Positions 11,083 through 23,705 of a DNA stretch of 64,000 nt are shown here, piece by piece. A program made the position numbers and the translations under genes. The number at the start of each line of letters is the position of its first letter. Position 1 is the stretch's first letter. The notes beneath the pieces are model-generated. The model saw only the letters and a list, made by a program, of their open reading frames with translations. It had not been told where the DNA came from and did not search any database. Source of the stretch: Prochlorococcus sp. AG-402-L09 (GTDB lineage Bacteria; Cyanobacteriota; Cyanobacteriia; PCC-6307; Cyanobiaceae); the NCBI GenBank assembly GCA_003216715.1, contig QCIK01000004.1, positions 63,534-127,533 on the forward strand, given 5' to 3'.

Positions 11083-11116
11083 CTGAAATTAATTATGCCT
11101 TGAGGCATGATGGAGT

Positions 11117-11517
11117 TGAAAGCAGGGGAGGTGATCGCAATTGAAGTTCAGCAAAAGCTGAGGAATTCAATTGAGGAAAGTCCGGACTCCTATTTGGCCA
11201 GGCTTGCTGGGTAATTCCCAGTGCGGGTGACCGTGAGGATAGTGCCACAGAAATACACCGCCTAATGCTTCATGGGGAAATCCCAACATGCATGGTAAGG
11301 GTGCAAAGGTGCGGTAAGAGCGCACCAGCAGCATCGAGAGGTGCTGGCTAGGTAAACCCCGGCTAGGAGCAAGGCGAGGGACATTGGATGGCCATAGACC
11401 TTGTCCCTAAGCAGAGCCGCTTGAGGCTATCGGTAACGATAGTCCCAGATAGATGATTACCCATTCACTTTCTAACCAAAGAAGAATGAACAGAACCCGG
11501 CTTACGACCTGCTTTCA
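11117..11517 (+). ncRNA. rnpB: RNase P RNA (bacterial type A)
   Basis: P1 pairing TGAAAGCAGG...CCTGCTTTCA, GAGGAAAGTCCGG, AGTGCCACAGAAA, GGTAAACCCC, and 3' ACAGAACCCGGCTTA consensus. Confidence 0.97.
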
Positions 11518-11593
11518 CTTTATTAATTTTACGCAGAGGTATTAGACAAAAATCTTATTACTTAATCAATTCATGTGTATCCTTTAAATAATT

Positions 11594-12337
11594 ATGAATA
11601 TCTCCAATCATAGAGCAGAAGAAATAATAAATTTTATTAGAGGTCTGAATTTAGATCAAAGCTATCAAAAGGAATTTACTAATGAAAAAACAAATAATCT
11701 TTCATACATCAATGAGTCATTAACTCATAGTTCAGCAAATAGTGAAATTAATTATGAAAAGCTTGAATTCCTTGGAGATGCAGTTTTAAGACTAATTGCA
11801 TCAGATTTTATAAAAAAAAGATATCCATACATGGAAGTTGGAGAAAGGTCTGAACTGCGTTCACATCTTGTAAGTGATCAATGGCTAGCTCAAGTTGGCA
11901 ACAAAATTAACATCAAAAGTGTATTAATTATCGGAAAAAAAGCACTTAAAGATAAATCAGCCAACACAACCATTCAAGCAGAGGCAACTGAAGCATTAAT
12001 AGGAGCTTTGTATGAAAGTCTCACTAATTTAGAGCCTATAAAAAATTGGCTTATTCCATTTTGGGATGATACAAGCAAAGAAATCTTATCTGATCCATAT
12101 AGAAAAAACTACAAATCGGCACTTCAGGAATTGACTCAAAGCAAAGGCTTATCAATTCCCTTATACACAACCATTGAAATAGATCAAAAACATGACAATC
12201 CAAAGAGATTTTTTTGTACTGTTAATATCAAAAATCAATCAATAGCTGAAGGTTGGGGAAAGTCCATAAAACAAGCAGAAAAAAATGCAGCCAGTAAAGC
12301 TTTAAAGTCTTTAGATGAGAATTCAATATATAAGTAA
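11594..12337 (+). CDS. rnc: Ribonuclease III
   Basis: EKLEFLGDAVL signature, EALIGALY, C-terminal dsRBD (NYKSALQE...GWGKSIKQAEKNAA). Confidence 0.95.
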   Translation: MNISNHRAEEIINFIRGLNLDQSYQKEFTNEKTNNLSYINESLTHSSANSEINYEKLEFLGDAVLRLIASDFIKKRYPYMEVGERSELRSHLVSDQWLAQVGNKINIKSVLIIGKKALKDKSANTTIQAEATEALIGALYESLTNLEPIKNWLIPFWDDTSKEILSDPYRKNYKSALQELTQSKGLSIPLYTTIEIDQKHDNPKRFFCTVNIKNQSIAEGWGKSIKQAEKNAASKALKSLDENSIYK

Positions 12338-12363
12338 GAAATTGATTTTACAAAAATTTGTAA

Positions 12364-12549
12364 TTAGCTTTTCAACAAATCTTTTAAAGGAAGTGTAAGC
12401 AATTTATCCCAATTACCTCCTTCAAAAAGAACTGCGGCTTGATCACCACTTATTCGTTGAACAAACCCTTCATAACCATTATAAATTGACTCTTGGTTAT
12501 TAACAGTTACTGATGTACCTGGGAGAATAGGATCTTTTGAATCATCCAT
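12364..12549 (-). CDS. ndhS: NAD(P)H dehydrogenase subunit NdhS
   Basis: ILPGTSVTV...YEGFVQRISGDQAAVLFEGGNWDKLLT matches the NdhS/DUF3252 pattern. Confidence 0.9.
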   Translation of the reverse strand: MDDSKDPILPGTSVTVNNQESIYNGYEGFVQRISGDQAAVLFEGGNWDKLLTLPLKDLLKS

Positions 12550-12595
12550 AATTAAACATATTCAAATAAACTATTGAAAAAGTCTACCCATAAAA

Positions 12596-13126
12596 ATGGT
12601 CGAAAAAGATAAATGGATGTCAATAGGTGAGATTGTGGCTCCCCAGGGTTTAAAAGGTGCTATTCGACTTAAACCTAGCAGTGACTTTCCTGAAAGATTT
12701 ACCAAACCTGGAAAACGTTGGATTCAGAACGCTAACGAATTGCCCACTGAAATCAAATTACTAAAAGGAATGCTTATTCCAGGTAAATCAATCTATATAA
12801 TTTCCATAGAGGGAGTATCTAATAGGAGTGCTGCAGAGGAAATTATTGGTTGGAAATTAGTAATACCAGTTGATAGCAGACCAAAATTGAATAAAGATGA
12901 GTACCATTACTTTGATTTAATTGGTTTAGAAGCAAGAAGAGGCAAAAAAAAGACTCTAATTGGTTATGTAACTGACTTAATCAAGGGAGGGAACGACCTT
13001 CTAGAGATAGAGTTGGTAGAAGGTAAAAAAGTTTTGGTACCTTTTGTTAAAGAAATTGTCCCAGTAATAGAAATCAAAGAAAAATGGCTGCTAATCACTC
13101 CACCCCCTGGTTTATTGGAACTCTAA
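12596..13126 (+). CDS. rimM: 16S rRNA processing protein RimM
   Basis: IGEIVAPQGLKG, EYHYFDLIGL, GGNDLLEI, VLVPFVKEIVP. Confidence 0.95.
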   Translation: MVEKDKWMSIGEIVAPQGLKGAIRLKPSSDFPERFTKPGKRWIQNANELPTEIKLLKGMLIPGKSIYIISIEGVSNRSAAEEIIGWKLVIPVDSRPKLNKDEYHYFDLIGLEARRGKKKTLIGYVTDLIKGGNDLLEIELVEGKKVLVPFVKEIVPVIEIKEKWLLITPPPGLLEL

Positions 13127-13178
13127 TAATCATTCAGGTTTTAAATCAGAGCTTCAAATATGGATTACAAAATTCTTT

Positions 13179-14636
13179 ATGAAAATAATTGATAACCCTA
13201 TAATTCCTGTAATTCTCAGTGGGGGATCAGGAACAAGACTTTGGCCACTTTCAAGGGAAAGTTATCCTAAACAATTTCTAGCATTAGATTCAAGAACAAA
13301 GAAAACTCTTTTGCAGAAAACTTATGAGAGGCTTCTAGGTTTAGAGGGACTTGAAAATCCCATATTGATATGTAATGAAGATCATAGATTTATAGTCGCA
13401 GAGCAATTTAGAGAGATCAACATTGATCCTCAAGCAATTATTCTTGAGCCCGTAGGACGTAACACTGCTCCAGCAATTGCAGTTGCTGCCCTTCAAGCAA
13501 TTTCTTTAGGAAAAGATCCTTTGCTGTTAATTTTGGCAGCCGATCACTTAATAGAAGATATAGTTGAATTTCAAAAAGTAATTAATTCAGCAAAAGCATA
13601 TGCAAATCAAGGGAGACTAGTGACTTTTGGTATTGTTCCAACATGCGCAGAGACTGGTTACGGTTATATTGAAGCAAAAGAATTCCCTACTGAAGAAGAT
13701 CAAATAACTGGTTTAGAAATAAATAAATTTATAGAAAAACCTAGTAAAAATATAGCTGAGAAATTAATCAAAGATTCCCGCTACACATGGAATAGTGGTA
13801 TGTTTTTATTTAAAGCGAGCTCAATAATAAGTGAATTAGAAAAATTCTCTCCGGAAATAATCAATTATTGCAAAATTGCTATTGAAAAAGATGTAGAAGA
13901 TCTTGATTTTCTACGATTAGAAGCCAAATCATTTAAGAAATGTCCAAAAATTTCTTTAGATATTGCAGTTATGGAAAAAACAAAATTAGGAACCGTTCTT
14001 CCTTTAAATGCTGGATGGAATGATATAGGAAGTTGGAAATCTTTATGGGATATTAGTCAAAAAAATAATGATGGAAACTATATAAATGGAAGAGTAATAG
14101 TTGAAAAAAGTAAAGACTGTTATTTAAAAAGTGAACAACGTTTAATTGTAGGAATCGGGATAGAGAATCTAATAATTGTAGATACAAATGATGCTATATT
14201 AGTAGCCAATAGAGATCAATCTCAGAATATTGGAAATATAGTAAAGAGTCTAAGTTCAGAAGACTTTCCAGAAGGTAAAATGCACAGAAAAATTTATAGA
14301 CCTTGGGGGAATTACACTACAATAGTTGAGGGAAATAGATGGCTAGTAAAGCTAATAGAAGTAAAGCCAAATGCCTCACTTTCTTTACAAATGCATCATC
14401 ATAGAGCTGAACATTGGGTTGTAGTTAACGGAACCGCATTGATAGAAAAAAATGGAGAAAAACAACTTTTAAGTGAAAATGAAAGTACATTTATTCCTTT
14501 AGGATGCAAGCATAGATTAAGCAATCCAGGAAGAATGAAACTTGAGCTTATTGAAGTTCAAAGCGGAACGTATTTAGATGAAGAAGATATCATTCGTTTT
14601 GAAGATTCTTATGGCAGAACAAAAACCCTTAGTTAA
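13179..14636 (+). CDS. manC: Mannose-1-phosphate guanylyltransferase/mannose-6-phosphate isomerase
   Basis: VILSGGSGTRLWPLSRESYPKQFL, EPVGRNTAPA, ETGYGYI, WNSGMF, WNDIGSW, C-terminal cupin RPWG...SLQMHHHRAEHW. Confidence 0.96.
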   Translation: MKIIDNPIIPVILSGGSGTRLWPLSRESYPKQFLALDSRTKKTLLQKTYERLLGLEGLENPILICNEDHRFIVAEQFREINIDPQAIILEPVGRNTAPAIAVAALQAISLGKDPLLLILAADHLIEDIVEFQKVINSAKAYANQGRLVTFGIVPTCAETGYGYIEAKEFPTEEDQITGLEINKFIEKPSKNIAEKLIKDSRYTWNSGMFLFKASSIISELEKFSPEIINYCKIAIEKDVEDLDFLRLEAKSFKKCPKISLDIAVMEKTKLGTVLPLNAGWNDIGSWKSLWDISQKNNDGNYINGRVIVEKSKDCYLKSEQRLIVGIGIENLIIVDTNDAILVANRDQSQNIGNIVKSLSSEDFPEGKMHRKIYRPWGNYTTIVEGNRWLVKLIEVKPNASLSLQMHHHRAEHWVVVNGTALIEKNGEKQLLSENESTFIPLGCKHRLSNPGRMKLELIEVQSGTYLDEEDIIRFEDSYGRTKTLS

Positions 14637-14706
14637 TCAAAAACCATCGTTTATTAATAAAAGCTGCTCGAAATTAATTAAATAAAATCATTAGGTTTCA
14701 AATTTT

Positions 14707-16611
14707 TTATTCCACAGTGACACTTTTTGCTAAATTTCGGGGCTGATCCACATCTAAACCTTTATGAGCTGCTATGTGATAACTAAATAACTGTAAAGGT
14801 ACAACGGTCAATAGAGGACTAACCCATTCACTAACTTTTGGAATAGAAAATAATTCATCAAAAATTTCCGATTCCGGTCCAATTGTTGATACCCCAATTA
14901 AACGGGCATCTCTAGCTTTAGCCTCTTGCGAGTTACTGAGCACCTTTTCATAAACGACCCCAGGAACAGCAACAGATACCACTGGAACGTGTTGGTCCAA
15001 AAGTGCAATTGGTCCGTGCTTTAACTCCCCAGCTGGATAGCCTTGAGCATGTATGTAGCTTATTTCTTTTAATTTAAGAGCACCTTCAAGTGCAATTGGA
15101 TAATTTATCCCTCTACCTAAGAAAATTACATCCTTAGTCTCAACAAACAAATGTGCTATTCCTTGAGAGAGAGAGTCATGTTTTTTTATAAGATCTGTTA
15201 ATTGTTTAGGAATTAATCTCAAATCATTAGAAAGATCTACAATTTCTTGAGGAGTCCTTTTTTGTCTTTGAGAAGCAAATAAAAGTGTCAAACCATAAAA
15301 GGACAACATTTGACCAAGAAAGGTTTTAGTTGCAGCAACACCTATTTCAATACCTGATCCAATATCAATTACATTATCTAGTTCGCGACCTAATGAGCTA
15401 TCTACTCTATTAGTAATTCCCAATTGATGAAAAGAAAAATTAGCATCTTTAGTCGAATCTCTTCTCTCCTTTTCCATTCTTAATGCAGCTAAAGTGTCTG
15501 CCGTTTCGCCCGATTGACTTACTCCTATTGTCAAAGTATTTGGGGAAAGTGGAGGGGGAGCATATCGAAATTCACTTGCGAAATATACCTTTGTAGGAAC
15601 TCCTGCAAACTGTTCCAATAAATAAGCACCCACCATACCTGCATGCCTGCTTGTACCACAGGCAAGTATTTGTATTTGTTCTATCTTCGCCAGGATATGT
15701 TTAGATATCGGCAAAGCAAATGAATTTGCAGAAGGCAAATCCATAGGTAAAAATCTATCTATCCATTGTTGTGCCGTCTCTGGCTGCTCATAAATTTCTT
15801 TAAGCATGAAATGACGGAAATTTCTTTTATCTGCAAAAAGTTCTGTGCCCTTTAAAAGCGATGGTGCTCTGTGCTGCCTATGTCCATGATCATCATAAAG
15901 TTCAATTCCTAAGGGAGTTAAAAGTGCAATTTCATGATCCCTTAAAGGTAAAAATGTTCGGGTAAATCCCACTAATGCTGGTGTATCACTAGCACAAAAA
16001 AACTCACCTTCACCAAAGCCAAGTACTAATGGTGCTTGTCCCCTAGCCACTACCAGTGCATTGGGGGCCTTGGACCAAATCACTGCTATTGCATAAGTCC
16101 CCTCTAATACACGCACAACCTTTTGAACAGCAATTAATAATATTTGTTCATTAGGGGACTGTCCATTTGCGAGAGACTTTTCTATTTCTAGCCCGATTAA
16201 ATGAGGAATTATCTCAGTGTCAGTTTCCGAGATAAGTTTAATTCCTTTAAGTTTAAGGCTTTGAGATAAGTCTCTGTAATTTTCGATAATTCCATTTTGC
16301 ACAACTGCAATTTGCCCTGACGAATCAAGATGAGGATGAGCATTCCTTTCGTCAGGTTTACCATGAGTAGCCCATCTGGTATGCGCAATACCCACATGCC
16401 CCTCAGGAGGTTTTTTGTTAATTAAATTCGAGAGATTAATCAGCTTTCCTTCTGATTTAGTGACATTTAGTTGTCCAATTTGATCGTTATTTAAATTATT
16501 AATTGTTGCTATCCCCGCAGAGTCATATCCCCGATATTCCAGTTTTCTTAATCCATCAATAAGTAAAGAGGAAACCTCTCTTGATCCAATAACAGCAAAT
16601 ATGCCACACAT
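14707..16611 (-). CDS. glmS: Glutamine--fructose-6-phosphate transaminase
   Basis: MCGIF N-terminus, LEYRGYDSAG, HTRWATHG, SQSGETADT, AATKTF, C-terminal DQPRNLAKSVTVE. Confidence 0.98.
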   Translation of the reverse strand: MCGIFAVIGSREVSSLLIDGLRKLEYRGYDSAGIATINNLNNDQIGQLNVTKSEGKLINLSNLINKKPPEGHVGIAHTRWATHGKPDERNAHPHLDSSGQIAVVQNGIIENYRDLSQSLKLKGIKLISETDTEIIPHLIGLEIEKSLANGQSPNEQILLIAVQKVVRVLEGTYAIAVIWSKAPNALVVARGQAPLVLGFGEGEFFCASDTPALVGFTRTFLPLRDHEIALLTPLGIELYDDHGHRQHRAPSLLKGTELFADKRNFRHFMLKEIYEQPETAQQWIDRFLPMDLPSANSFALPISKHILAKIEQIQILACGTSRHAGMVGAYLLEQFAGVPTKVYFASEFRYAPPPLSPNTLTIGVSQSGETADTLAALRMEKERRDSTKDANFSFHQLGITNRVDSSLGRELDNVIDIGSGIEIGVAATKTFLGQMLSFYGLTLLFASQRQKRTPQEIVDLSNDLRLIPKQLTDLIKKHDSLSQGIAHLFVETKDVIFLGRGINYPIALEGALKLKEISYIHAQGYPAGELKHGPIALLDQHVPVVSVAVPGVVYEKVLSNSQEAKARDARLIGVSTIGPESEIFDELFSIPKVSEWVSPLLTVVPLQLFSYHIAAHKGLDVDQPRNLAKSVTVE

Positions 16612-16676
16612 ATATCTAAATGAATATCAAAAATTATTTATTTAAAATAAACCTTAGTTAAGAAAAATACTAATTT

Positions 16677-16970
<294 letters not shown>

Positions 16971-17058
16971 CTACATAAAAAAAAATAGTTGCAATGCCGT
17001 CACTTTTGTTAACTCGACACTCTAACCCGTAGTATTGGAAGTCAGGTCTAAGAAGGTT

Positions 17059-17301
17059 ATGTCCCAGGAAGCAATCCTTGAAAAAGTTCGTTCTATTGTC
17101 GCAGAACAACTTAGTGTTGAAGCCGGTGAAGTAAAACCGGATTCAAATTTCCAAAACGACCTTGGAGCCGACTCTCTCGACACTGTCGAATTAGTTATGG
17201 CTCTTGAAGAGGCATTTGACATAGAAATTCCCGACGAGGCTGCTGAAGGCATTGCCACTGTCGGGGATGCAGTCAAATACATCGAAGACAAACAGTCTTG
17301 A
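17059..17301 (+). CDS. acpP: Acyl carrier protein
   Basis: [18 protein letters not shown]; ATG at 17059 (MSQEAIL) preferred over the upstream track start. Confidence 0.98.
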   Translation: MSQEAILEKVRSIVAEQLSVEAGEVKPDSNFQNDLGADSLDTVELVMALEEAFDIEIPDEAAEGIATVGDAVKYIEDKQS

Positions 17302-17308
17302 GGTTTAC

Positions 17309-18556
17309 ATGATGGAGAAACTCCATCGAGTTGTTATTACAGGTCTTGGAGCAATAACTCCAATTGGCAACAACCTCGAAAGTTACCTGAAAGGTCTTGA
17401 ATCTGGGCAAAATGGGGTTGATCAAATAACCCTATTTGATGCCTCATCCCATGCATGTAGATTTGCAGCAGAGGTAAAAAGTTTTGACCCAACAGGAAAA
17501 TTAGAACCAAAAGAATCCAAAAGATGGGATCGTTTCTCAAAATTTGGAGTCGTTGCAGCAAAAGAAGCACTGAATCATTCAGGTCTCATAATTGATGATT
17601 CAAATGCAGAAAGAATTGGTGTAATTATTGGTTCTGGAGTTGGCGGATTGCTAACTATGGAAACTCAAGCTCATGTCTTAGATAAAAAAGGACCTAGTCG
17701 AGTTAGTCCATTTACTGTTCCCATGATGATTCCCAACATGGCTACTGGACTCGCTGCAATTGCACTAGGTGCTAAAGGTCCAAGTTCTTCAGTCTCAACT
17801 GCTTGTGCCGCTGGATCAAATGCTATTGGTGATGCATTCAGACTGCTCCAATTAGGTAAAGCAGATGCAATGATCTGCGGTGGTGCAGAGGCTAGTATCA
17901 CTCCCTTAGGGGTAGCAGGTTTTGCTAGTGCCAAGGCCCTATCATTTAGAAATGACGATCCATCAACAGCAAGTAGACCTTTTGATTCTCAAAGAGATGG
18001 TTTCGTAATTGGCGAAGGAGCAGGGATTTTAATTTTAGAAAGTCTTGATCATGCCTTACAAAGAGATGCAACAATCCATGCAGAACTCATTGGATATGGA
18101 ACTACATGTGATGCCCACCACATCACCTCTCCTATCCCAGGAGGACTAGGAGGTGCAGAAGCAATTAAACTGGCATTAAGTGATGGGCATATTAATCCAG
18201 AAGAAGTCGATTACATAAATGCCCATGGAACTAGCACTCCAGCTAATGACAGCAATGAAACAGCCGCAATAAAAACTGCTTTAGGAAATCATGCGTATCA
18301 AGTGCCTACAAGCTCAACCAAATCTATGACTGGGCATTTACTTGGAGGTTCTGGTGGGATTGAAGCTGTTGCTTGTGCTCTGGCAATAAAACATGAAATA
18401 ATTCCGCCAACAATTAATTATTCAAATCCAGACCCAAATTGTGATCTTGATTATGTGCCCAACAAAGCAAGAGAAAAGAAATTAGGCGTCGTACTATCTA
18501 ACTCATTCGGGTTTGGCGGTCACAATGTCTGTCTAGCTTTTCGACAAATGACCTAA
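17309..18556 (+). CDS. fabF: 3-oxoacyl-ACP synthase II
   Basis: RVVITGLG, STACAAG (catalytic Cys), DAHHITSP, NAHGTST, SMTGHLLGG, SNSFGFGGHN; likely start at ATG 17309 or 17312. Confidence 0.97.
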   Translation: MMEKLHRVVITGLGAITPIGNNLESYLKGLESGQNGVDQITLFDASSHACRFAAEVKSFDPTGKLEPKESKRWDRFSKFGVVAAKEALNHSGLIIDDSNAERIGVIIGSGVGGLLTMETQAHVLDKKGPSRVSPFTVPMMIPNMATGLAAIALGAKGPSSSVSTACAAGSNAIGDAFRLLQLGKADAMICGGAEASITPLGVAGFASAKALSFRNDDPSTASRPFDSQRDGFVIGEGAGILILESLDHALQRDATIHAELIGYGTTCDAHHITSPIPGGLGGAEAIKLALSDGHINPEEVDYINAHGTSTPANDSNETAAIKTALGNHAYQVPTSSTKSMTGHLLGGSGGIEAVACALAIKHEIIPPTINYSNPDPNCDLDYVPNKAREKKLGVVLSNSFGFGGHNVCLAFRQMT

Positions 18557-18612
18557 TCAATTTCATTTTCACTTCCCACTAAAATTTCTTTTCCCCCACT
18601 CACTAATTCAAA

Positions 18613-20625
18613 ATGGTTGCCTTGACTACTTCCCTAGACACACTTTGCGTCAATAGCATCAGGATGCTCGCTGTTGATGCAATTAATAAATCCAAAAGTG
18701 GTCACCCTGGGCTCCCTATGGGTTGTGCACCAATGGGTTATGCATTGTGGGACAAACACTTACGTCACAATCCAAAAAACCCAAAATGGTTTAATCGAGA
18801 CAGATTTGTGCTTTCAGCAGGACATGGATGCATGCTTTTGTATGCTCTTCTCCATTTAACTGGATATGACTCTGTAACTATTGAAGATATAAAAGAATTT
18901 CGACAATGGGGCGCAAAAACTCCAGGACATCCAGAAACCTTTGAAACCCCTGGAGTTGAGGTAACTGCAGGACCTCTAGGAGCAGGAATATCTAATGCAG
19001 TTGGTTTGGCCATTGCGGAAGCTCATCTTTCTGCAAAATTCAATAAGCCTGACTCAACAGTTGTAGACCATTACACCTATGTGATCATGGGAGATGGATG
19101 CAATCAAGAGGGTATTTCTTCTGAAGCCTGTTCTCTTGCGGGTCATTTAAAACTTGGAAAATTAATAGCTTTATATGATGACAACCACATCACTATTGAT
19201 GGAAGAACTGACGTCTCATTTACTGAGGATGTTTTAAAACGATATGAAGCATATGGATGGCATGTACAAGAAATTCCTGAGGGAAATACAGACATACAAG
19301 GGATATCGAAAGCTATTGAGAATGCAAAAGGAGTTACAGACAAGCCATCAATTATCAAAGTAACTACAACCATTGGCTACGGTTCACCCAATAAAAGTGA
19401 TACTGCCGGTATTCACGGTGCTCCTTTAGGTGAAGAAGAAGCAGAACTAACAAGAGAACAACTTGGTTGGTCATATAAACCTTTCGAGGTTCCCCAAGAT
19501 GCCTACGATCAATATCGTCAAGCCATTGAAAAAGGAGCACAACTCGAAGAACAGTGGAATAAAACCCTTGTTTCTTACAAAGAAAAATACCCTAGTGAAG
19601 CGTCTCAATTTGAGCGTATGTTGAGAGGCGAACTCCCTCAAGGCTGGGATAAAGATTTACCGACCTATACAGCCGATGATAAAGGGGTCGCTACCAGAAA
19701 ACATTCTCAAATATGTCTAGGAGCTCTTGGTCCGAATATTCCAGAACTAATAGGAGGTTCTGCAGATTTAACGCATTCAAATTACACAGATATAAAAGGT
19801 GAAACTGGATCTTTTCAATATGAAAGTCCTGAAAAACGTTACTTACATTTTGGTGTCAGAGAACATGCTATGGCAGCAATATTGAATGGTATTGCTTATC
19901 ACGATAGTGGTTTAATTCCATATGGTGGAACCTTCTTAGTCTTCGCAGACTATATGAGAGGATCGATGCGTCTTTCCGCTCTTAGTGAGCTTGGAGTGAT
20001 TTATGTTTTAACCCATGATTCCATCGGTGTTGGAGAAGATGGCCCAACTCACCAACCCATAGAAACCATTCCATCATTGAGGGCAATGCCAAATATGATG
20101 GTTTTCCGTCCAGGCGATGGCAATGAAACCAGTGGTGCTTATAAAGTTGCAATTAAAAATCGTAAAAGACCAAGTTCCTTGTGCCTAAGTAGGCAGGGTA
20201 TGGTCAATCAACAAAATTCATCAGTAGATAAAGTTGCTTTAGGTGGATACATACTTGAAGATTGCGATGGTACACCTGAACTGATACTTATAGGAACTGG
20301 AACTGAACTTGATTTATGTGTGCAAGCAGCGAAAAAGCTAACTTCAGAAGGAAAAAAAGTGCGTGTGGTTTCTATGCCATGCGTTGAACTTTTTGAAGAA
20401 CAAAGCGAAAGTTATAAACAAGAAGTGTTACCTTCTAACATCAGAAAACGTCTCGTAGTTGAAGCCGCAGAGAGTTTCGGATGGCATAAATATATTGGTC
20501 TAGATGGCGACAGTGTAACTATGAATAGCTTTGGAGCATCTGCTCCAGGTGGATTATGTATGGAAAAATTTGGGTTTACAGTTGATAACGTACTAGAAAA
20601 ATCTAGAAAGCTTCTCAACAAATAA
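18613..20625 (+). CDS. tktA: Transketolase
   Basis: [64 protein letters not shown]. Confidence 0.98.
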   Translation: MVALTTSLDTLCVNSIRMLAVDAINKSKSGHPGLPMGCAPMGYALWDKHLRHNPKNPKWFNRDRFVLSAGHGCMLLYALLHLTGYDSVTIEDIKEFRQWGAKTPGHPETFETPGVEVTAGPLGAGISNAVGLAIAEAHLSAKFNKPDSTVVDHYTYVIMGDGCNQEGISSEACSLAGHLKLGKLIALYDDNHITIDGRTDVSFTEDVLKRYEAYGWHVQEIPEGNTDIQGISKAIENAKGVTDKPSIIKVTTTIGYGSPNKSDTAGIHGAPLGEEEAELTREQLGWSYKPFEVPQDAYDQYRQAIEKGAQLEEQWNKTLVSYKEKYPSEASQFERMLRGELPQGWDKDLPTYTADDKGVATRKHSQICLGALGPNIPELIGGSADLTHSNYTDIKGETGSFQYESPEKRYLHFGVREHAMAAILNGIAYHDSGLIPYGGTFLVFADYMRGSMRLSALSELGVIYVLTHDSIGVGEDGPTHQPIETIPSLRAMPNMMVFRPGDGNETSGAYKVAIKNRKRPSSLCLSRQGMVNQQNSSVDKVALGGYILEDCDGTPELILIGTGTELDLCVQAAKKLTSEGKKVRVVSMPCVELFEEQSESYKQEVLPSNIRKRLVVEAAESFGWHKYIGLDGDSVTMNSFGASAPGGLCMEKFGFTVDNVLEKSRKLLNK

Positions 20626-20680
20626 AATTCATCATTTCAGTCCCAAATATTGAATCCAAAGAAAAAAGTTAAACAAAGAA

Positions 20681-22084
<1,404 letters not shown>

Positions 22085-22135
22085 TTAAAAAGCTATTGAA
22101 TAAACAAGGAGCAATATGCAAAGATCACAAGATTT

Positions 22136-22220
22136 CACTTTCCTTACACTGGTTCAAACCAGATCAAGTTCAGAGGGTGTGATCTCAGCCATATAGCTTC
22201 GCCATATGGCACCCCTAGTG
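22136..22220 (-). promoter_or_regulatory. TPP riboswitch in the thiC leader
   Basis: Minus strand CACTAGGGGTGCC...GGCTGAGATCACACCCTCTGAACTTGATCTGGTTTGAACCAGTGTAAGGAAAGTG contains the GGGGTGC, CTGAGA, ACCC, GAACTTGATC and GTAAGGAA consensus elements, about 55 nt upstream of thiC. Confidence 0.93.
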
Positions 22221-22286
22221 ATAAATACAAATTAGCTCGAAATACTCAACTCAACCCTAAAGTTTTTATAGATAAAAATTTTCGAA

Positions 22287-22508
22287 TTAAAAATTTTGAT
22301 TATTGATATCCTTTTTCATCTCTAGAAACAACATTCGTCGTCGCCGAAATCTTCTAACCGCCCCAGTCAAAACCAATCCACTTCCAACTACTAAAGCAGG
22401 TATTGCTTGAATTTTATCTTTGCCCTCTCTATGTAAAAAGCCAGTGATGGCCAATAAAATTAGCAAAGGCGCTGAAATTGAAATTAATGGGTTACCCAAT
22501 CTGTTCAT
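22287..22508 (-). CDS. Small membrane protein (DUF3188-like)
   Basis: 73 aa with two hydrophobic segments and a basic tail (AVRRFRRRR). Confidence 0.7.
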   Translation of the reverse strand: MNRLGNPLISISAPLLILLAITGFLHREGKDKIQAIPALVVGSGLVLTGAVRRFRRRRMLFLEMKKDINNQNF

Positions 22509-22520
22509 AAAATTAAGTGA

Positions 22521-23705
22521 CTAAATCACTAGAGGAGTATTAGATGCCATGACTATTGTTTGAGACAAAATTTTTATTCCTAACTCCAGGCTCCTTTCAT
22601 CCAAAGAGAAATGTCCACTGTGCAATGGAGCACAACCTTGATCTCCAGCAACTCCTAATCGAAACATCATCCCGCGAACATCTTGCAAAAAGAAAGCAAA
22701 GTCTTCAGCACCTAATGACGGATTTTCTAAATAAACAATATTTTCTTCATCCATAAAGTTCTTTGCACAGGTAGATAACAAACTAGTCAACTCAGGGTCG
22801 TTATAAACAGGAGGCGCTATTGAATTAAACTTTATTTTAGCCTGAGCTCCATAATTGGAGGCTATATTTTGTACTATTTTTTCAATCCATTGAGGCAATT
22901 TTTCATAAAGGTTGCTATCAAGACACCTCACTGTACCTAGAAGCTTAACCCTCTCAGCGATAACGTTAAAAGCATTACCTCCTGATATTTTTCCAAAGCT
23001 AATAACTACTGGCTTTAGAGCATCTAAACGTCTACTAATAGCCTCCTGAAGTCCACTTATAACTTTTGCAGAAATCCAAATTGAATCTATGCCTTCATGG
23101 GGTCTAGCTCCATGCCCTCCCTTACCGATAATATCTATTTCCAATTCAGCTGCAGCAGCTGTAAAAGTACCATTTTTTATGCCAATTTTGCCAACTGGCA
23201 AGTCTGGATAAACATGCACACCAAAAAGCGCTTGAACTCCCTCCAGAACTTTTTCAGCTCTCATCCAATTTGCACCTCTAGCAATCTCTTCAGCAGGTTG
23301 AAAAATGATTCGGATTCGAGAATTTGTAAATTTATTTTTCGCTAAAACTTTAGCCACTCCCAACCCGATACAAGTATGTAGATCATGGCCACATGCATGC
23401 ATCAAGCCTTGAATTGAAGAAGAATAATCTAAACCTGTTCTCTCCTCGATTGGCAAGGCATCCATATCAACTCGTAAGCCAACAACAGGTGAGTTTTTAT
23501 TACCCATTTCAGCAACCACTCCCGTTTTACCAACTGCCTCTTTTACCTCCCAACCTATTTTTCTAAGCTCCCCGGCAACAAGAGCAGCAGTTTGATATTC
23601 CTGACCGCTTAACTCTGGGTGAGCATGAAGATGACGACGTAATTGAATCAATTCAGGCATTAACTCCTTAGACAAGTCATTAATTTCTTTTCCTAAATCC
23701 TTCAT
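22521..23705 (-). CDS. M20 family amidohydrolase (N-acyl-L-amino acid amidohydrolase)
   Basis: RRHLHAHPELS, RVDMDALPI, MHACGHD, FQPAEE, GGHGARPH, GAEDFA. Confidence 0.93.
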   Translation of the reverse strand: MKDLGKEINDLSKELMPELIQLRRHLHAHPELSGQEYQTAALVAGELRKIGWEVKEAVGKTGVVAEMGNKNSPVVGLRVDMDALPIEERTGLDYSSSIQGLMHACGHDLHTCIGLGVAKVLAKNKFTNSRIRIIFQPAEEIARGANWMRAEKVLEGVQALFGVHVYPDLPVGKIGIKNGTFTAAAAELEIDIIGKGGHGARPHEGIDSIWISAKVISGLQEAISRRLDALKPVVISFGKISGGNAFNVIAERVKLLGTVRCLDSNLYEKLPQWIEKIVQNIASNYGAQAKIKFNSIAPPVYNDPELTSLLSTCAKNFMDEENIVYLENPSLGAEDFAFFLQDVRGMMFRLGVAGDQGCAPLHSGHFSLDERSLELGIKILSQTIVMASNTPLVI

